Source: Clostridia bacterium
Lineage (GTDB): Bacteria > Bacillota > Clostridia > Oscillospirales > CAG-272
DNA: 51,654 nucleotides
NCBI GenBank assembly: GCA_017452545.1
Contig: JAFTME010000153.1
Coordinates: 1-51,654, forward strand
Direction: 5' to 3'
Shown here: one piece after another, positions 16,198-25,440 of the stretch
Numbering within the stretch: the first letter of the stretch is position 1
Layout of the letters: every line of letters starts with the position of its first letter
The notes under the pieces: model-generated
What the model saw: only the letters and a program-made list of their open reading frames with translations
Databases searched by the model: none
What the model was told of the DNA's origin: nothing
Position numbers and translations under genes: made by a program

Positions 16198-18636
16198 TCA
16201 GAGCAGCGCGTTTTTGAGAATCTCGGATGCGTGAGAGCAGGGGATAAAGGTGAGATTGTCGCGTGCCAATGCATCGATATCCTCCAGATCACGTTCGTTT
16301 TCAGCAGGAATAAGTACCGTCTTAACGCCGGCGTTGTAGGCTGCCATGGTCTTCTCACGCAGTCCGCCAATGGGCAGGACTCTGCCGCGCAGTGTGATCT
16401 CACCCGTCATGGCAATATCGCGGCGCACGCAGCGACCGGTCAGCGCGCTGACCAGGGCTGTCAGCATGGTCACGCCTGCGCTGGGACCGTCCTTGGGAAC
16501 GGCACCCTCGGGAACGTGAATGTGGATATCCTTTTTCTCGTAGAAATCGGAGGGAATGCCGTATTCGGCGGCGATGGAGCGCGTGTAGGTGATGGCGGCG
16601 CGCGCAGACTCCTTCATCACGTCGCCGAGCGAGCCGGTCAGCTCCAGCTTACCCGTGCCGTCCAGTACAGCGGCTTCAATGCGCAGCATATCGCCGCCAA
16701 GCTCGGTGTAAGCCAGTCCGTTGACGGTACCGACGGCATCCGTCTCGTCAATATGCTCGGGCAACAGCTTGCGAGCACCGAGATACTCCTTGATGTTCTT
16801 GACGCCGACCGTCACGCGACCGACGCCCTCGTCGATCATTTTGCGCGCTGCCTTGCGGATGAGAGAGGCAATGGTTCGCTCAAGATTGCGGACGCCCGCC
16901 TCGTGTGTATAATAGTCGATCAGCTCGCAGATAGCGTCGTCCGTCATGCGGAATTTGGTCTTGTTCAGACCGTGACGCTGCAGCTGCTTGGGCAGCAGAT
17001 GGTGCTTGGCGATGTTGAGCTTTTCCCGTTTGGTGTACATCTTCATCTCGATGATCTCCATACGGTCGATCAGCGGACGGGGAACGGTGTCCAGCGTATT
17101 TGCCGTTGCGATAAACAGGCAGTCGGACAGGTCAAAGGGCAGCTCGATGAAATGATCGCGGAAGGCGCGGTTCTGCTCGCCGTCCAAAACCTCCAGCAGC
17201 GCTGCCGCAGGGTCACCCTGCAGGCTCTCGCTCATTTTGTCGATCTCATCCAGCAGGATGAGCGGGTTGGAGGTGCCTGCCAGCGCGATCGCATTCATGA
17301 TGCGACCGGGCATGGAGCCGAGGTAGGTGCGACGGTGACCGCGGATATCGGACTCATCGCGGATACCGCCAAGAGAAACGCGGACGTACTTGCGCTTCAT
17401 GGCGCGTGCGATCGAGGCGGCAACCGAGGTCTTACCGACACCGGGAGGGCCGACCAGGCAAAGCACCTGGTTTTTCAACTCGGGATGCATCTGCTTGACG
17501 GCGAGATATTCCAAAATACGATCCTTGACCTTGTCAAGCCCGTCATGATCTTCGTCGAGAATACGTTTTGCGGTGGCAATATTGAGGCGATCCTTGCTCT
17601 TTTTGCCCCAGGGCAGGTCAAGGACGGTATCGAGGTAGGTCGTGATCACACCTGCCTCCTGCGAGCCGAAGGGCGTTCTTGCCAGGCGGTCGTTTTCCTT
17701 GAGCAGCTTGGCGCGGGCCTCCTCGGACAGCGGTGCGGACATGATACGCTCCTCATACTTGGCGGTTTCGCTATTGGCGCCCTCGCCCAGCTCGTCCTGA
17801 ATGACGCGGATCTGCTCGCGCAGGTAATATTCCTTTTGATTGCGCGCAAGGTTGGCGCGCACTTTATTTTGAATGTCTGCCTCACAGGCGAGCAGCTCGC
17901 GCTCCGATTCCAGAATGGCCAGCAGCGTTTCCACGCGCTCCATCGGCTCAAAGCATTCCAGAATGGCTTGCTTGTCCTCGCATTTGACCAGCACATTGGC
18001 AGCAATAAAGTCGGAAAGCTGACCGGGATTGCGCATGCCGGCTGCCGTTCGCATCAGCTCCTCCGACGTTGCGGGGAGATAGCGGAGAATACGGGGCAGC
18101 TCACGGTGCAATGCGTGCAGCGCAGCCTGAACGCGAACATCATCGGTGTCGCGCAGCATGATCGCCTTGATCAGTACGTCAGCGCAGGGCATTTCAGCAT
18201 CCATATTCAGCGACAGAACCTGCGCACGGGAGAGGCCCTCGACGATCAGTCGCGCATTTTTTTCGGGCGTGGTGATCAGCTGCTTGATGCGCGCAACGGT
18301 TCCGACACGGTACAGTGCTGCGGATGCGTGCGAGGGACGCTCGCCACCGGCGGCACCGAGCAGGGCAGAGAGCGCGCTGTCGGTATCGGGCTCCTCGCCG
18401 TCTGCCATCATCTGCTCCAGCTGCTCGGCAAGCAGCTCATCCAGCTCGGGCTCGTCACCGGGGATCTCGGTCAAGAGAAGCACGGGCGAGGCGGCATCGG
18501 CTGCGGCACGAGCAATCGCAATATCGCTGTTGTCGGTCAATTCAAAATTCAACAGTGCGGACGGGAAGGCAACGATGCCGCGCAGCGTCAGCACGGGAAG
18601 TGTCATTTTTTCGGCTTTTTCAATGGTATGGGGCAT
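16198..18636 (-). CDS. lon: ATP-dependent Lon protease
   Basis: 812 aa. LON N-terminal domain, Walker [10 protein letters not shown], and protease motif [11 protein letters not shown]. Confidence 0.95.
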   Translation of the reverse strand: MPHTIEKAEKMTLPVLTLRGIVAFPSALLNFELTDNSDIAIARAAADAASPVLLLTEIPGDEPELDELLAEQLEQMMADGEEPDTDSALSALLGAAGGERPSHASAALYRVGTVARIKQLITTPEKNARLIVEGLSRAQVLSLNMDAEMPCADVLIKAIMLRDTDDVRVQAALHALHRELPRILRYLPATSEELMRTAAGMRNPGQLSDFIAANVLVKCEDKQAILECFEPMERVETLLAILESERELLACEADIQNKVRANLARNQKEYYLREQIRVIQDELGEGANSETAKYEERIMSAPLSEEARAKLLKENDRLARTPFGSQEAGVITTYLDTVLDLPWGKKSKDRLNIATAKRILDEDHDGLDKVKDRILEYLAVKQMHPELKNQVLCLVGPPGVGKTSVAASIARAMKRKYVRVSLGGIRDESDIRGHRRTYLGSMPGRIMNAIALAGTSNPLILLDEIDKMSESLQGDPAAALLEVLDGEQNRAFRDHFIELPFDLSDCLFIATANTLDTVPRPLIDRMEIIEMKMYTKREKLNIAKHHLLPKQLQRHGLNKTKFRMTDDAICELIDYYTHEAGVRNLERTIASLIRKAARKMIDEGVGRVTVGVKNIKEYLGARKLLPEHIDETDAVGTVNGLAYTELGGDMLRIEAAVLDGTGKLELTGSLGDVMKESARAAITYTRSIAAEYGIPSDFYEKKDIHIHVPEGAVPKDGPSAGVTMLTALVSALTGRCVRRDIAMTGEITLRGRVLPIGGLREKTMAAYNAGVKTVLIPAENERDLEDIDALARDNLTFIPCSHASEILKNALL

Positions 18637-18688
18637 ATCGTGATCCTTTCGGGGGTGCTTTTGATGGAAAACATTTTGATTTCTTTAC

Positions 18689-18699
18689 ATTATAACACA
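18689..18699 (-). promoter_or_regulatory. Extended -10 promoter candidate for lon
   Basis: Minus strand TGTGTTATAAT (TRTG-n-TATAAT), about 50 nt upstream of the lon ATG. No good -35. Confidence 0.35.
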
Positions 18700-18923
18700 T
18701 TTTCGCTCAATATTCCATAGCAAAATGCACTTTTTTCGGAATTTTACAATTTATATATATTTGTAACACGGTTTCTGCGAAAAAAGCATAAAAAAAGGGG
18801 CACAACAGTGTCCGCAGCCGCAGGGAAGAATATCATAAGCTTGATATTTCGCGGTAACGAAGTATTGTGCCATGAAAAAGCAGGCATGACAGGTCGGGGG
18901 GACTCGCATACGACTGCTTGACT

Positions 18924-18952
18924 ATTATACCGCATTTTGCTCGATTTGTAAA
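18924..18952 (-). promoter_or_regulatory. Orphan near-consensus sigma-A promoter with no CDS downstream
   Basis: Minus strand TTTACA (18952-18947), 17 nt spacer, TATAAT (18929-18924). The about 130 nt downstream ends at a weak stem plus U7 (around 18785-18800). Nothing there looks protein-like. Confidence 0.4.
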
Positions 18953-18962
18953 TTATCAAAAT

Positions 18963-18990
18963 TGACGAATATTGGCGATAAATTTCGTCA
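18963..18990. promoter_or_regulatory. Inverted pair of perfect 0A boxes (TGNCGAA)
   Basis: TGACGAA at 18963-18969 and TTCGTCA (reverse complement TGACGAA) at 18984-18990. These form TTGACGAA-N14-TTCGTCAA, directly upstream of the -35 of the orphan promoter. Confidence 0.4.
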
Positions 18991-19040
18991 AAACACATAA
19001 CAGTGAGAAAATATCCCCTACTTTTTTATTGTTTTTTGAT

Positions 19041-19115
19041 ACATTTTGTCAATGACATTTGTGTCATACGACAAAATGTCGTACAGCGACATGCAGAGCG
19101 CAAAAATGTCGTACA
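19041..19115. promoter_or_regulatory. Cluster of TGTC/GACA palindromes and a 13-bp direct repeat (candidate operator array)
   Basis: ATGACA-TTTG-TGTCAT (19052-19067). TACGACA-AAA-TGTCGTA (19067-19083). AAAATGTCGTACA occurs exactly twice (19073-19085 and 19103-19115), 30 bp apart. Confidence 0.4.
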
Positions 19116-19178
19116 AAAAAGCCGAAACCGGTTCGAAGAGAAAAGAGAAAAAAGATCGAAAAATTTTTCAAAATAGTA

Positions 19179-19207
19179 TTGACAAGCCGCCGGACTTGTG
19201 GTATAAT
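19179..19207 (+). promoter_or_regulatory. Consensus sigma-A promoter of infC-rpmI-rplT
   Basis: TTGACA (19179-19184), 17 nt spacer, TATAAT (19202-19207), with a TGTG -16 motif. Confidence 0.7.
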
Positions 19208-19365
19208 ACCACGGAAAAGGAAGCAGAACCACCGTTCTCACCCTGCCGCACAAGGCGCGCACGGGTCGATAATGAACCACCTCTTTGACGGATTTGACGA
19301 AATGACAAAAAGGAGTGGTCTCGTTCGGTTGGCACTGTGCTTCCCGGACGATTTTTTATTTTTAC
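19208..19365 (+). ncRNA. Probable L20 leader (ribosomal-protein autoregulatory leader) with attenuator terminator
   Basis: About 170 nt structured leader upstream of infC. It ends in the stem TCGTTCGG (19321-19328) / CCGGACGA (19344-19351) followed by TTTTTTATTTTT. This position and architecture match the Firmicute L20 leader. I could not verify the fold itself. Confidence 0.45.
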
Positions 19366-19385
19366 TAATTCGGAGGTACACTGCT

Positions 19386-19901
19386 ATTAGCACGAAAGAA
19401 TTGCTGATTAACGAGGACATCAGAGTCAACGAAGTCAGAGTCACCAGCGCGAAGGGTGAGATGCTCGGTATCATGAGCACAAACGCTGCACTGAAGATGG
19501 CGTATGACAGCGGACTTGATCTCGTTCTGATCGCGCCTCAGGCTACGCCCCCCGTCGCTCGCATTATGGACTACGGTAAGTATCGCTTTGAGTGCGAAAA
19601 GAGAGAAAAGGAAGCAAAGAAAAAGCAGCAGGTCGTGGAGCTCAAGGAGATCCAGCTGTCCTGCAGAATCGATGTTCACGACTTTGAAACCAAGGCGCGT
19701 CAGGCACGCAAGTTCCTGGAGGCGGGTAACAAGGTTCGCGTCGTTATGAAGTTCAAGGGCCGCGAGATGAGTCACCAGTCCATCGGACGCGAGGTTATGA
19801 CTCGCTTCTCCGACACGCTTGCCGATATCGGCGGCTCGGATAAGCCCCCCGTTCTCGACGGACGCTTCATGAGCATGGTGCTTACCCCCGTAAAGAAATA
19901 A
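19386..19901 (+). CDS. infC: Translation initiation factor IF-3 (non-canonical ATT start)
   Basis: (I/M)STKELLINEDIRVNEVRV...PPVARIMDYGKYRFE...VVMKFKGREM. There is no in-frame ATG, GTG or TTG near the conserved N-terminus. ATT at 19386 lies 7 nt after GGAGG. Confidence 0.9.
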   Translation: MSTKELLINEDIRVNEVRVTSAKGEMLGIMSTNAALKMAYDSGLDLVLIAPQATPPVARIMDYGKYRFECEKREKEAKKKQQVVELKEIQLSCRIDVHDFETKARQARKFLEAGNKVRVVMKFKGREMSHQSIGREVMTRFSDTLADIGGSDKPPVLDGRFMSMVLTPVKK

Positions 19902-20029
19902 TTCCCCGGAGCGGCAGGTGCCGCCAGACCACGATTCATCAGCCCCGAGGGGCTTGTATGATAGAGCGCAGCCGTTTACTTTCCTGAGGCGGCTCGGCGC
20001 ACAATTACAACGAAAAGGAGTTTCACAAA

Positions 20030-20224
20030 ATGGGAAAGGTTAAGACACATAAAGCATCTTCCAAGAGATTTAAGGTGACCGGCACCGGTAAGGTTAAGCT
20101 GAGCCACTGCCACCGTCGCCACAAGACCGGTAACAAGAGCGGTAACAAGCTGCGTCAGCTGCGCGGCAGTGCCTACGTTCAGGGCGCTATGGCTGCAAAC
20201 GTCAAGGCGCTGATCCAGAAGTAA
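20030..20224 (+). CDS. rpmI: 50S ribosomal protein L35
   Basis: MGKVKTHKASSKRFKVTGTGKVK... Confidence 0.95.
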   Translation: MGKVKTHKASSKRFKVTGTGKVKLSHCHRRHKTGNKSGNKLRQLRGSAYVQGAMAANVKALIQK

Positions 20225-20251
20225 GTTGACAGAAAGAAGAGGTAGAGAAAA

Positions 20252-20605
20252 ATGGCAAGAGTAAAGGGCGCGATGATGACGCGCAAGAGAAGAAATAAAG
20301 TTCTGAAGGCTGCGAAGGGCTACTGGGGTGCTAAGTCTAAGCACTTCAAGATGGCTAAGCAACAGGTCATGAAGAGCGGCAACTATGCATTTGCAGGCCG
20401 CAAGATGAAGAAGAGAGATTTCCGTAGCCTGTGGATCACCCGTATCTCTGCTCAGGCAAAGGTTAACGGTATGAACTACTCTACGATGATGCACGGTCTG
20501 AAGAAGGCAGGCATCACCCTCAACCGCAAGATGCTGGCTGAGCTGGCAGTTTCCGATAAGGAAGCATTTGCAGCATTGGCAGCACAGGCAAAGGCTGCTC
20601 TGTGA
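20252..20605 (+). CDS. rplT: 50S ribosomal protein L20
   Basis: [30 protein letters not shown]... Confidence 0.95.
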   Translation: MARVKGAMMTRKRRNKVLKAAKGYWGAKSKHFKMAKQQVMKSGNYAFAGRKMKKRDFRSLWITRISAQAKVNGMNYSTMMHGLKKAGITLNRKMLAELAVSDKEAFAALAAQAKAAL

Positions 20606-20616
20606 TGCTTTTTGAT

Positions 20617-20645
20617 AAAAACCCGGTGAGATGACCGGGTTTTTG
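20617..20645 (+). terminator. Intrinsic terminator after rplT
   Basis: ACCCGGT-GAGATG-ACCGGGT followed by TTTTTG. Confidence 0.8.
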
Positions 20646-20753
20646 TCATACATAGCCCCCGGTGACATTTTGCCGTAAGCGTTGCGAAAAGGGATATTTT
20701 TTGACATTTTCTGTATTTTTTGGGATTTTTTGATGGATAGGAGGCACGTTTTC

Positions 20754-21605
20754 ATGCTGCATATCGAAGAACTGATCACCTCGAAGCAGAACGCTTTGGT
20801 GGTCGAAACGGCAAAGCTTGCTGACCGCAAGCACCGCCGCGCGAGCGGTCTTTTCCGCTTTGACGGCATCAAGCTGGCAGAGGAAGCGTTGCGCAGCGGC
20901 GCACCGCTGGCGGCTGTTTTGCTGCATGAGCAGCGCGCACAGGCTGTGCTTTCCCGTCTTGAAGAGGCAGGACTTTCACTGCCCGAGAGCGCTCGCACCG
21001 TCTGCCTGTCAGATGCGGTTTTTCGACGCTTGAGCGAGGAAAGTGCACCTGAGGGCGTCATTTGCGTTTGCCGCGAGCTGCCCATCCATCAGACCAAACC
21101 GACTCCCGTTATAACGGAGCGGGAACGCATCGTTCTGCTTGAATCGGTGCGCGATCCCTCCAACCTCGGCGCGATCATCCGCAGCGCTGCTGCCTTCGGG
21201 GTTGATCATTTGATCATCAGCGAGGACTGCGCCGATATTTACAATGCCAAAACGGTGCGCGCCTCCATGGGTACGCTGTTCACGCAGCACCTGACCCGCG
21301 TGGCGGCCATCACCGATGCGATCGCCGCGCTGCGCGCGGCAGGTCGACGCACCTTTGCCGCGGCTCTTGACCGCGACGCGTGGCAGCTCGGCTCTTTTGC
21401 CGTGCAAAGCGGTGACTGTGTTGTTATCGGAAACGAGGGACACGGACTCAGCTCCCAAACGATCGCAGCGTGCGATCACAGCGTATTTATTCCCATGACG
21501 GCGAGGGCAGAGTCGCTCAACGCCGCCGTGGCAGCATCGGTGCTCATGTGGGCATTCGGTGCACCCAACTCCGACGAACGGCAGGGAGGTATGAACGATG
21601 TATAA
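20754..21605 (+). CDS. TrmH/SpoU-family RNA 2'-O-methyltransferase
   Basis: Start at the ATG after GGAGGC. SpoU motifs DPSNLGAIIRSA, VIGNEGHGLS and IPMTARAESLNAAVAA. Confidence 0.85.
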   Translation: MLHIEELITSKQNALVVETAKLADRKHRRASGLFRFDGIKLAEEALRSGAPLAAVLLHEQRAQAVLSRLEEAGLSLPESARTVCLSDAVFRRLSEESAPEGVICVCRELPIHQTKPTPVITERERIVLLESVRDPSNLGAIIRSAAAFGVDHLIISEDCADIYNAKTVRASMGTLFTQHLTRVAAITDAIAALRAAGRRTFAAALDRDAWQLGSFAVQSGDCVVIGNEGHGLSSQTIAACDHSVFIPMTARAESLNAAVAASVLMWAFGAPNSDERQGGMNDV

Positions 21606-23037
21606 GCAGGAACAAACCGGACGTCTGTTCTGGATCTGGCTCTCCACTCGTCTTGGTGCGGGCAACCGCCTGTATCCGCTGCTGCTGGAGCGCTTTGGAA
21701 GCGCATATGAGGTGTTTGAGGCTTCGGAGGAGCGTTTGCTTGAGGTGCTGCCCGATCTGACACCCGCACAGCTGCGCGCGTTGACGGACAAGCGCCTGGA
21801 GGATATCTATGCCATTGAGGAGCATTGCCGTCGCAGCGGTGTCAAGCTGTTGACCTACAATGACGCTGCCTATCCGCTCAGCTACCGTTCGCTGACCGAC
21901 CCGCCCCTGCTGCTGTATTATCGCGGCGAGCTGCCTGATCTGCAGAACAAGCTGTGTATTGCTATGGTCGGTACGCGCCGTATGAGTGAATACGGTCGTC
22001 GCATGGCGTATAAAATAGCTTATGAGCTGGCGGCTGCCGGTGTTGTCGTCGTCAGCGGTATGGCGCTTGGCGTGGACAGCGTTGCCTCCTGTGCTGCGCT
22101 GCAGGCAGGCGGCAGTACTGTCGCTATTCTCGGCGGCGGCATTGACGTGCCGTATCCGCCTGAGCACGAAAGTTTTATGGAAATCATCGCCGCTCGCGGC
22201 ACGCTGATCTCGGAGTATGCACCGGGAACGGCGCCCATTGGGTCGCATTTTCCCGTGAGAAATCGTCTGATTAGCGGTCTGTGTCAAGGTACTGTCATCG
22301 TCGAGGCGGCACAGGGCAGCGGTGCTCTGATCACCGCCGACCGTGCACTGCAGCAGGGACGCGACGTTTTTGCCGTGCCTGCCAACGTCGGAGATGCCAA
22401 CGCATCCGGTACCAATCGCCTGATCCGCGACGGCGCACACGTTGCGCTTTGCGCCGATGATATTCTCGGATATTACAAATTTCTGTACGAAAAATCCGTT
22501 TCCACCCGTACTACCGCAGCGCTGGGCGCTCGCTCCGATTACGACGGTGCAGTGCTTGCCCGTATGGGCGTTTACAGCCGTGTGGTGGGCGGATACCTGC
22601 GCGTTCCCGCCGAAGAGGCGGGCAGTGCCGCGATCGCACCGTCGCCCGCTCCTGCAGCGGAGCCGCGTCGTCGTGCGCCTGCCAAGCGCGCCAACGATTC
22701 TAAGCCCGACATGAAGCCGACGCCGAAAGCACCGTCGGAGCGCTCACGCACGGCAGAGCGTACAGCGTCCGTGTCTGCGGCACAGCCCGAGGACAAGAGT
22801 CCTCTGCTCTCGCCTCGCAATGCAGACGATAAGGGAGACCGCTCCTGCGAAGCGGTAGCATCGCTGACCGAGCTGCAGCGCTCGGTGCTGGATGCCATTC
22901 CCGCCGAGGCACCCGTGAGCATTGACAAGCTTAAGCGAATGGGCTTTGCCATGGGTCAGCTGCTCTCCACGCTTTCGGTGCTGGAGATCAAGGGCTTGGT
23001 ACAATCCCTGCCGGGCGGTATGGTCGGCAGACGTTGA
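21598..23037 (+). CDS. dprA: DNA processing protein DprA (Smf) with long low-complexity linker
   Basis: Rossmann-like core VVSGMALGVDSVASCAAL...FPVRNRLISGL...VIVEAAQGSGALITA. C-terminal winged-helix LTELQRSVLDAI...VLEIKGLV. Overlaps the preceding gene by 8 nt. Confidence 0.9.
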   Translation: MYKQEQTGRLFWIWLSTRLGAGNRLYPLLLERFGSAYEVFEASEERLLEVLPDLTPAQLRALTDKRLEDIYAIEEHCRRSGVKLLTYNDAAYPLSYRSLTDPPLLLYYRGELPDLQNKLCIAMVGTRRMSEYGRRMAYKIAYELAAAGVVVVSGMALGVDSVASCAALQAGGSTVAILGGGIDVPYPPEHESFMEIIAARGTLISEYAPGTAPIGSHFPVRNRLISGLCQGTVIVEAAQGSGALITADRALQQGRDVFAVPANVGDANASGTNRLIRDGAHVALCADDILGYYKFLYEKSVSTRTTAALGARSDYDGAVLARMGVYSRVVGGYLRVPAEEAGSAAIAPSPAPAAEPRRRAPAKRANDSKPDMKPTPKAPSERSRTAERTASVSAAQPEDKSPLLSPRNADDKGDRSCEAVASLTELQRSVLDAIPAEAPVSIDKLKRMGFAMGQLLSTLSVLEIKGLVQSLPGGMVGRR

Positions 23038-23113
23038 GCGTTATTTTTGATAGCTTGCCCCGGAATGGGGCTGAACGATAAATTTTTACACAGAAAGGGA
23101 ACCCCGAAACATT

Positions 23114-25414
23114 ATGTCTTATTTGGTTATTGTGGAGTCCCCCACCAAGGTGGGAACCATTAAGGGCTATCTTGGCTCCAATTATCGAGTGATCGCTTCC
23201 AAGGGCCACGTCCGTGATCTGCCCAAGAGCACACTCGGCGTTGATATAGAAAACAACTTTGAACCGCATTATATCAACATCCGCGGCAAGGGTGAGCTGA
23301 TCCGCGACATCCGCAAGGAGGCCAAGGCGGCGACCAAGGTCTTCCTCGCAACCGACCCTGACCGCGAGGGCGAAGCCATTTCCTGGCATCTTGCGGCTGT
23401 GCTGGCGATCCCTGTAGATAAGATCATGCGCGTGTCGTTTAACGAGATCACCAAGACGGCGGTCAAGGCTGCCATCAAATCCCCCCGTCCTTTGGACATG
23501 AATCTGGTCAATGCGCAGCAGGCGCGTCGTATTCTCGACCGTATTGTGGGCTATAAGATCAGTCCGCTGCTTTGGAAAAACGTGCAGAGCGGTCTGAGCG
23601 CCGGCCGCGTACAGTCGGTGGCAGAGCGTTTGGTCGTTGACCGTGAGCGCGAGATCCGCGCTTTCGTTGCCGAGGAGTACTGGACGGTGGATGCTACGTT
23701 GAACGGCCCCGATGATAAAACGTTTGTCGTACATTACGTCGGCGACGAGAGCGGCAAGGTCAGACTGGAAAGCGAGGCCGCGGCAATGACTGTCGCAAAG
23801 GCTGCCGAAAGCAAGCCCTTTACGGTTCGCTCGGTCAAGCGCTCCACCCGCACCAAGCTGCCCGCGCCTCCTTTTACCACCTCCACCATGCAGCAGGAGG
23901 CTTCCCGTAAGCTCGGCTTCCAGTCCCAGCGTATCATGCGCGTGGCACAGGAGCTGTACGAGGGTATCAATCTCGGTGCAGAGAACGGTGGCGCACAGGG
24001 TTTGATCACCTATATGCGTACCGACTCGCTGCGCGTCAGCGCGGAGGCACAGGAGTCCGCTCGCGCCTTTATCTCCGAAAAATACGGGGCAGAGTATTAT
24101 CCCGAAGCCCCTCGCCAGTATAAATCCAAGACACTCTCCCAGGACGCGCACGAGGCGATCCGCCCGGCACGCGTGGAGCTGGAGCCTCAGAAGATCCGCA
24201 AGCTGCTTACCTCCGATCAGTACCGTCTGTACAAGCTGATCTGGGATCGCTTTGTGGCAAGCCAGATGCAGTCTGCGACGCTGTCTGTCATCAGCGTTGA
24301 CCTGAGCTGTGATAAGTATCTGTTCCGCACGGGCGGCTACAGTGTGGTCTTCCCCGGCTATATGGCACTGTACGAGGAATCCGAGGATGAGAGCGTCCGT
24401 CGCCGTGACGCCGAGCCCGACGAGGTCAAGGATGCCCGTATTCCCGACTTGGAAGAGAATATGATGCTGACCTCTGAGGCGGTCGACCCGCAGCAGCACT
24501 TTACCGAGCCCCCCGCACGCTATAACGAGGCGTCGCTGATCAAGTCGCTCGAGGAAAAGGGCATCGGTCGCCCCTCCACCTATACGCCTATTATCACTAC
24601 CATCCTGGAGCGCGGCTACGTCAAGCGCGACGGAAAGGCACTTGTTCCCACGCCGCTTGGCGAGGTGACGACCGGGCTGATGGAAAAGCATTTTCCGACC
24701 ATCGTTGACTACGGCTTTACCGCCGATATGGAAACGCGTCTGGATAACATCGAAAAGGGCGAAACTACCATTGACGACGTTCTCGGCGATTTCTGGGCAC
24801 CGTTTGCCGATCAGCTGAAAAACGCCGAGGAAACGCTGGGCTCGGAGACCGAAAAGGCGCCCGTTGAGGAGACCGACCTGTTTTGCGATAAGTGCGGCAG
24901 CCGCATGATCGTCAAAAAGGGGCGTTTCGGTAAATTCGCTGCCTGCCCCAATTACCCCGGATGCCGCAGCACCAAGCCGCTGACACGTCCCGAGGAAACG
25001 GAGGGCGGCGACGCTGAGGTGGTTGACGGTATGAAGTGCGAGCTGTGCGGCGGTGACGTCGTTGTTCGCTCCGGTCGCTTTGGCAGCTTCTTTGCTTGCG
25101 CAAACTATCCGCAGTGTAAGTTTACCAAGCCGCGGGATAAGGAGATCGGTGTTGATTGTCCCAAGTGCGGCTCGCCACTGGTCAGCAAGCAGGGCAAGCG
25201 AAAGGCTGTGTTCTACGGCTGCTCCAAATATCCCGCCTGCGATTTCTCCTCGTGGGATCTGCCGACCAAGGAAAAATGCCCGAGCTGTGGCGGTATGCTG
25301 TTCCGCAAGAAGGGCAAGGCACTGCTCGTTTGCCACGATACCACCTGTAATTATCAGTGTCCGCTGCCTGCTGCGATGCAGCAGGAGGATGCTCCTACCG
25401 AGGATAACGAATAA
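23114..25414 (+). CDS. topA: DNA topoisomerase I
   Basis: [31 protein letters not shown], active-site region [10 protein letters not shown], and four C-terminal Cys4 zinc ribbons. Confidence 0.95.
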   Translation: MSYLVIVESPTKVGTIKGYLGSNYRVIASKGHVRDLPKSTLGVDIENNFEPHYINIRGKGELIRDIRKEAKAATKVFLATDPDREGEAISWHLAAVLAIPVDKIMRVSFNEITKTAVKAAIKSPRPLDMNLVNAQQARRILDRIVGYKISPLLWKNVQSGLSAGRVQSVAERLVVDREREIRAFVAEEYWTVDATLNGPDDKTFVVHYVGDESGKVRLESEAAAMTVAKAAESKPFTVRSVKRSTRTKLPAPPFTTSTMQQEASRKLGFQSQRIMRVAQELYEGINLGAENGGAQGLITYMRTDSLRVSAEAQESARAFISEKYGAEYYPEAPRQYKSKTLSQDAHEAIRPARVELEPQKIRKLLTSDQYRLYKLIWDRFVASQMQSATLSVISVDLSCDKYLFRTGGYSVVFPGYMALYEESEDESVRRRDAEPDEVKDARIPDLEENMMLTSEAVDPQQHFTEPPARYNEASLIKSLEEKGIGRPSTYTPIITTILERGYVKRDGKALVPTPLGEVTTGLMEKHFPTIVDYGFTADMETRLDNIEKGETTIDDVLGDFWAPFADQLKNAEETLGSETEKAPVEETDLFCDKCGSRMIVKKGRFGKFAACPNYPGCRSTKPLTRPEETEGGDAEVVDGMKCELCGGDVVVRSGRFGSFFACANYPQCKFTKPRDKEIGVDCPKCGSPLVSKQGKRKAVFYGCSKYPACDFSSWDLPTKEKCPSCGGMLFRKKGKALLVCHDTTCNYQCPLPAAMQQEDAPTEDNE

Positions 25415-25440
25415 TCCAAACGATACGCGGAGTTATCAAT

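Noticed and set aside
16183-18720. An 845-aa ORF antisense to lon. Similar long antisense ORFs exist at 14150-15739, 22988-25336 (antisense topA), 25354-26778, 26601-27929, 29847-32504 (antisense smc), 38936-40567 (antisense leuS) and 19976-21085.
   Set aside because: Each lies fully inside and opposite a gene with unambiguous conserved motifs. Their translations are Arg/Ala/Gly/Leu-rich low-complexity with no motifs. Long stop-free antisense frames are expected in GC-rich coding DNA.
18744-19288. ORFs 18744-18998 (-), 19026-19280 (-) and 19046-19288 (+) in the lon/infC intergenic region.
   Set aside because: None has an RBS. Their composition is not protein-like, and they overlap the infC promoter and leader. 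The KMSY repeats in the plus-strand ORF are simply the translation of the repeated AAAATGTCGTACA DNA motif. The region is better explained as regulatory or ncRNA.
19902-20029. A 128-nt infC-rpmI spacer with three short hairpins: CGGCA-GG-TGCCG, AGCCCC-GAG-GGGCT, and GCGCAGCCG...CGGCTCGGCGC.
   Set aside because: The stems are short and imperfect, with no T-tract or recognisable motif. This is probably ordinary intercistronic structure. It is not strong enough to call as a feature without covariation data.
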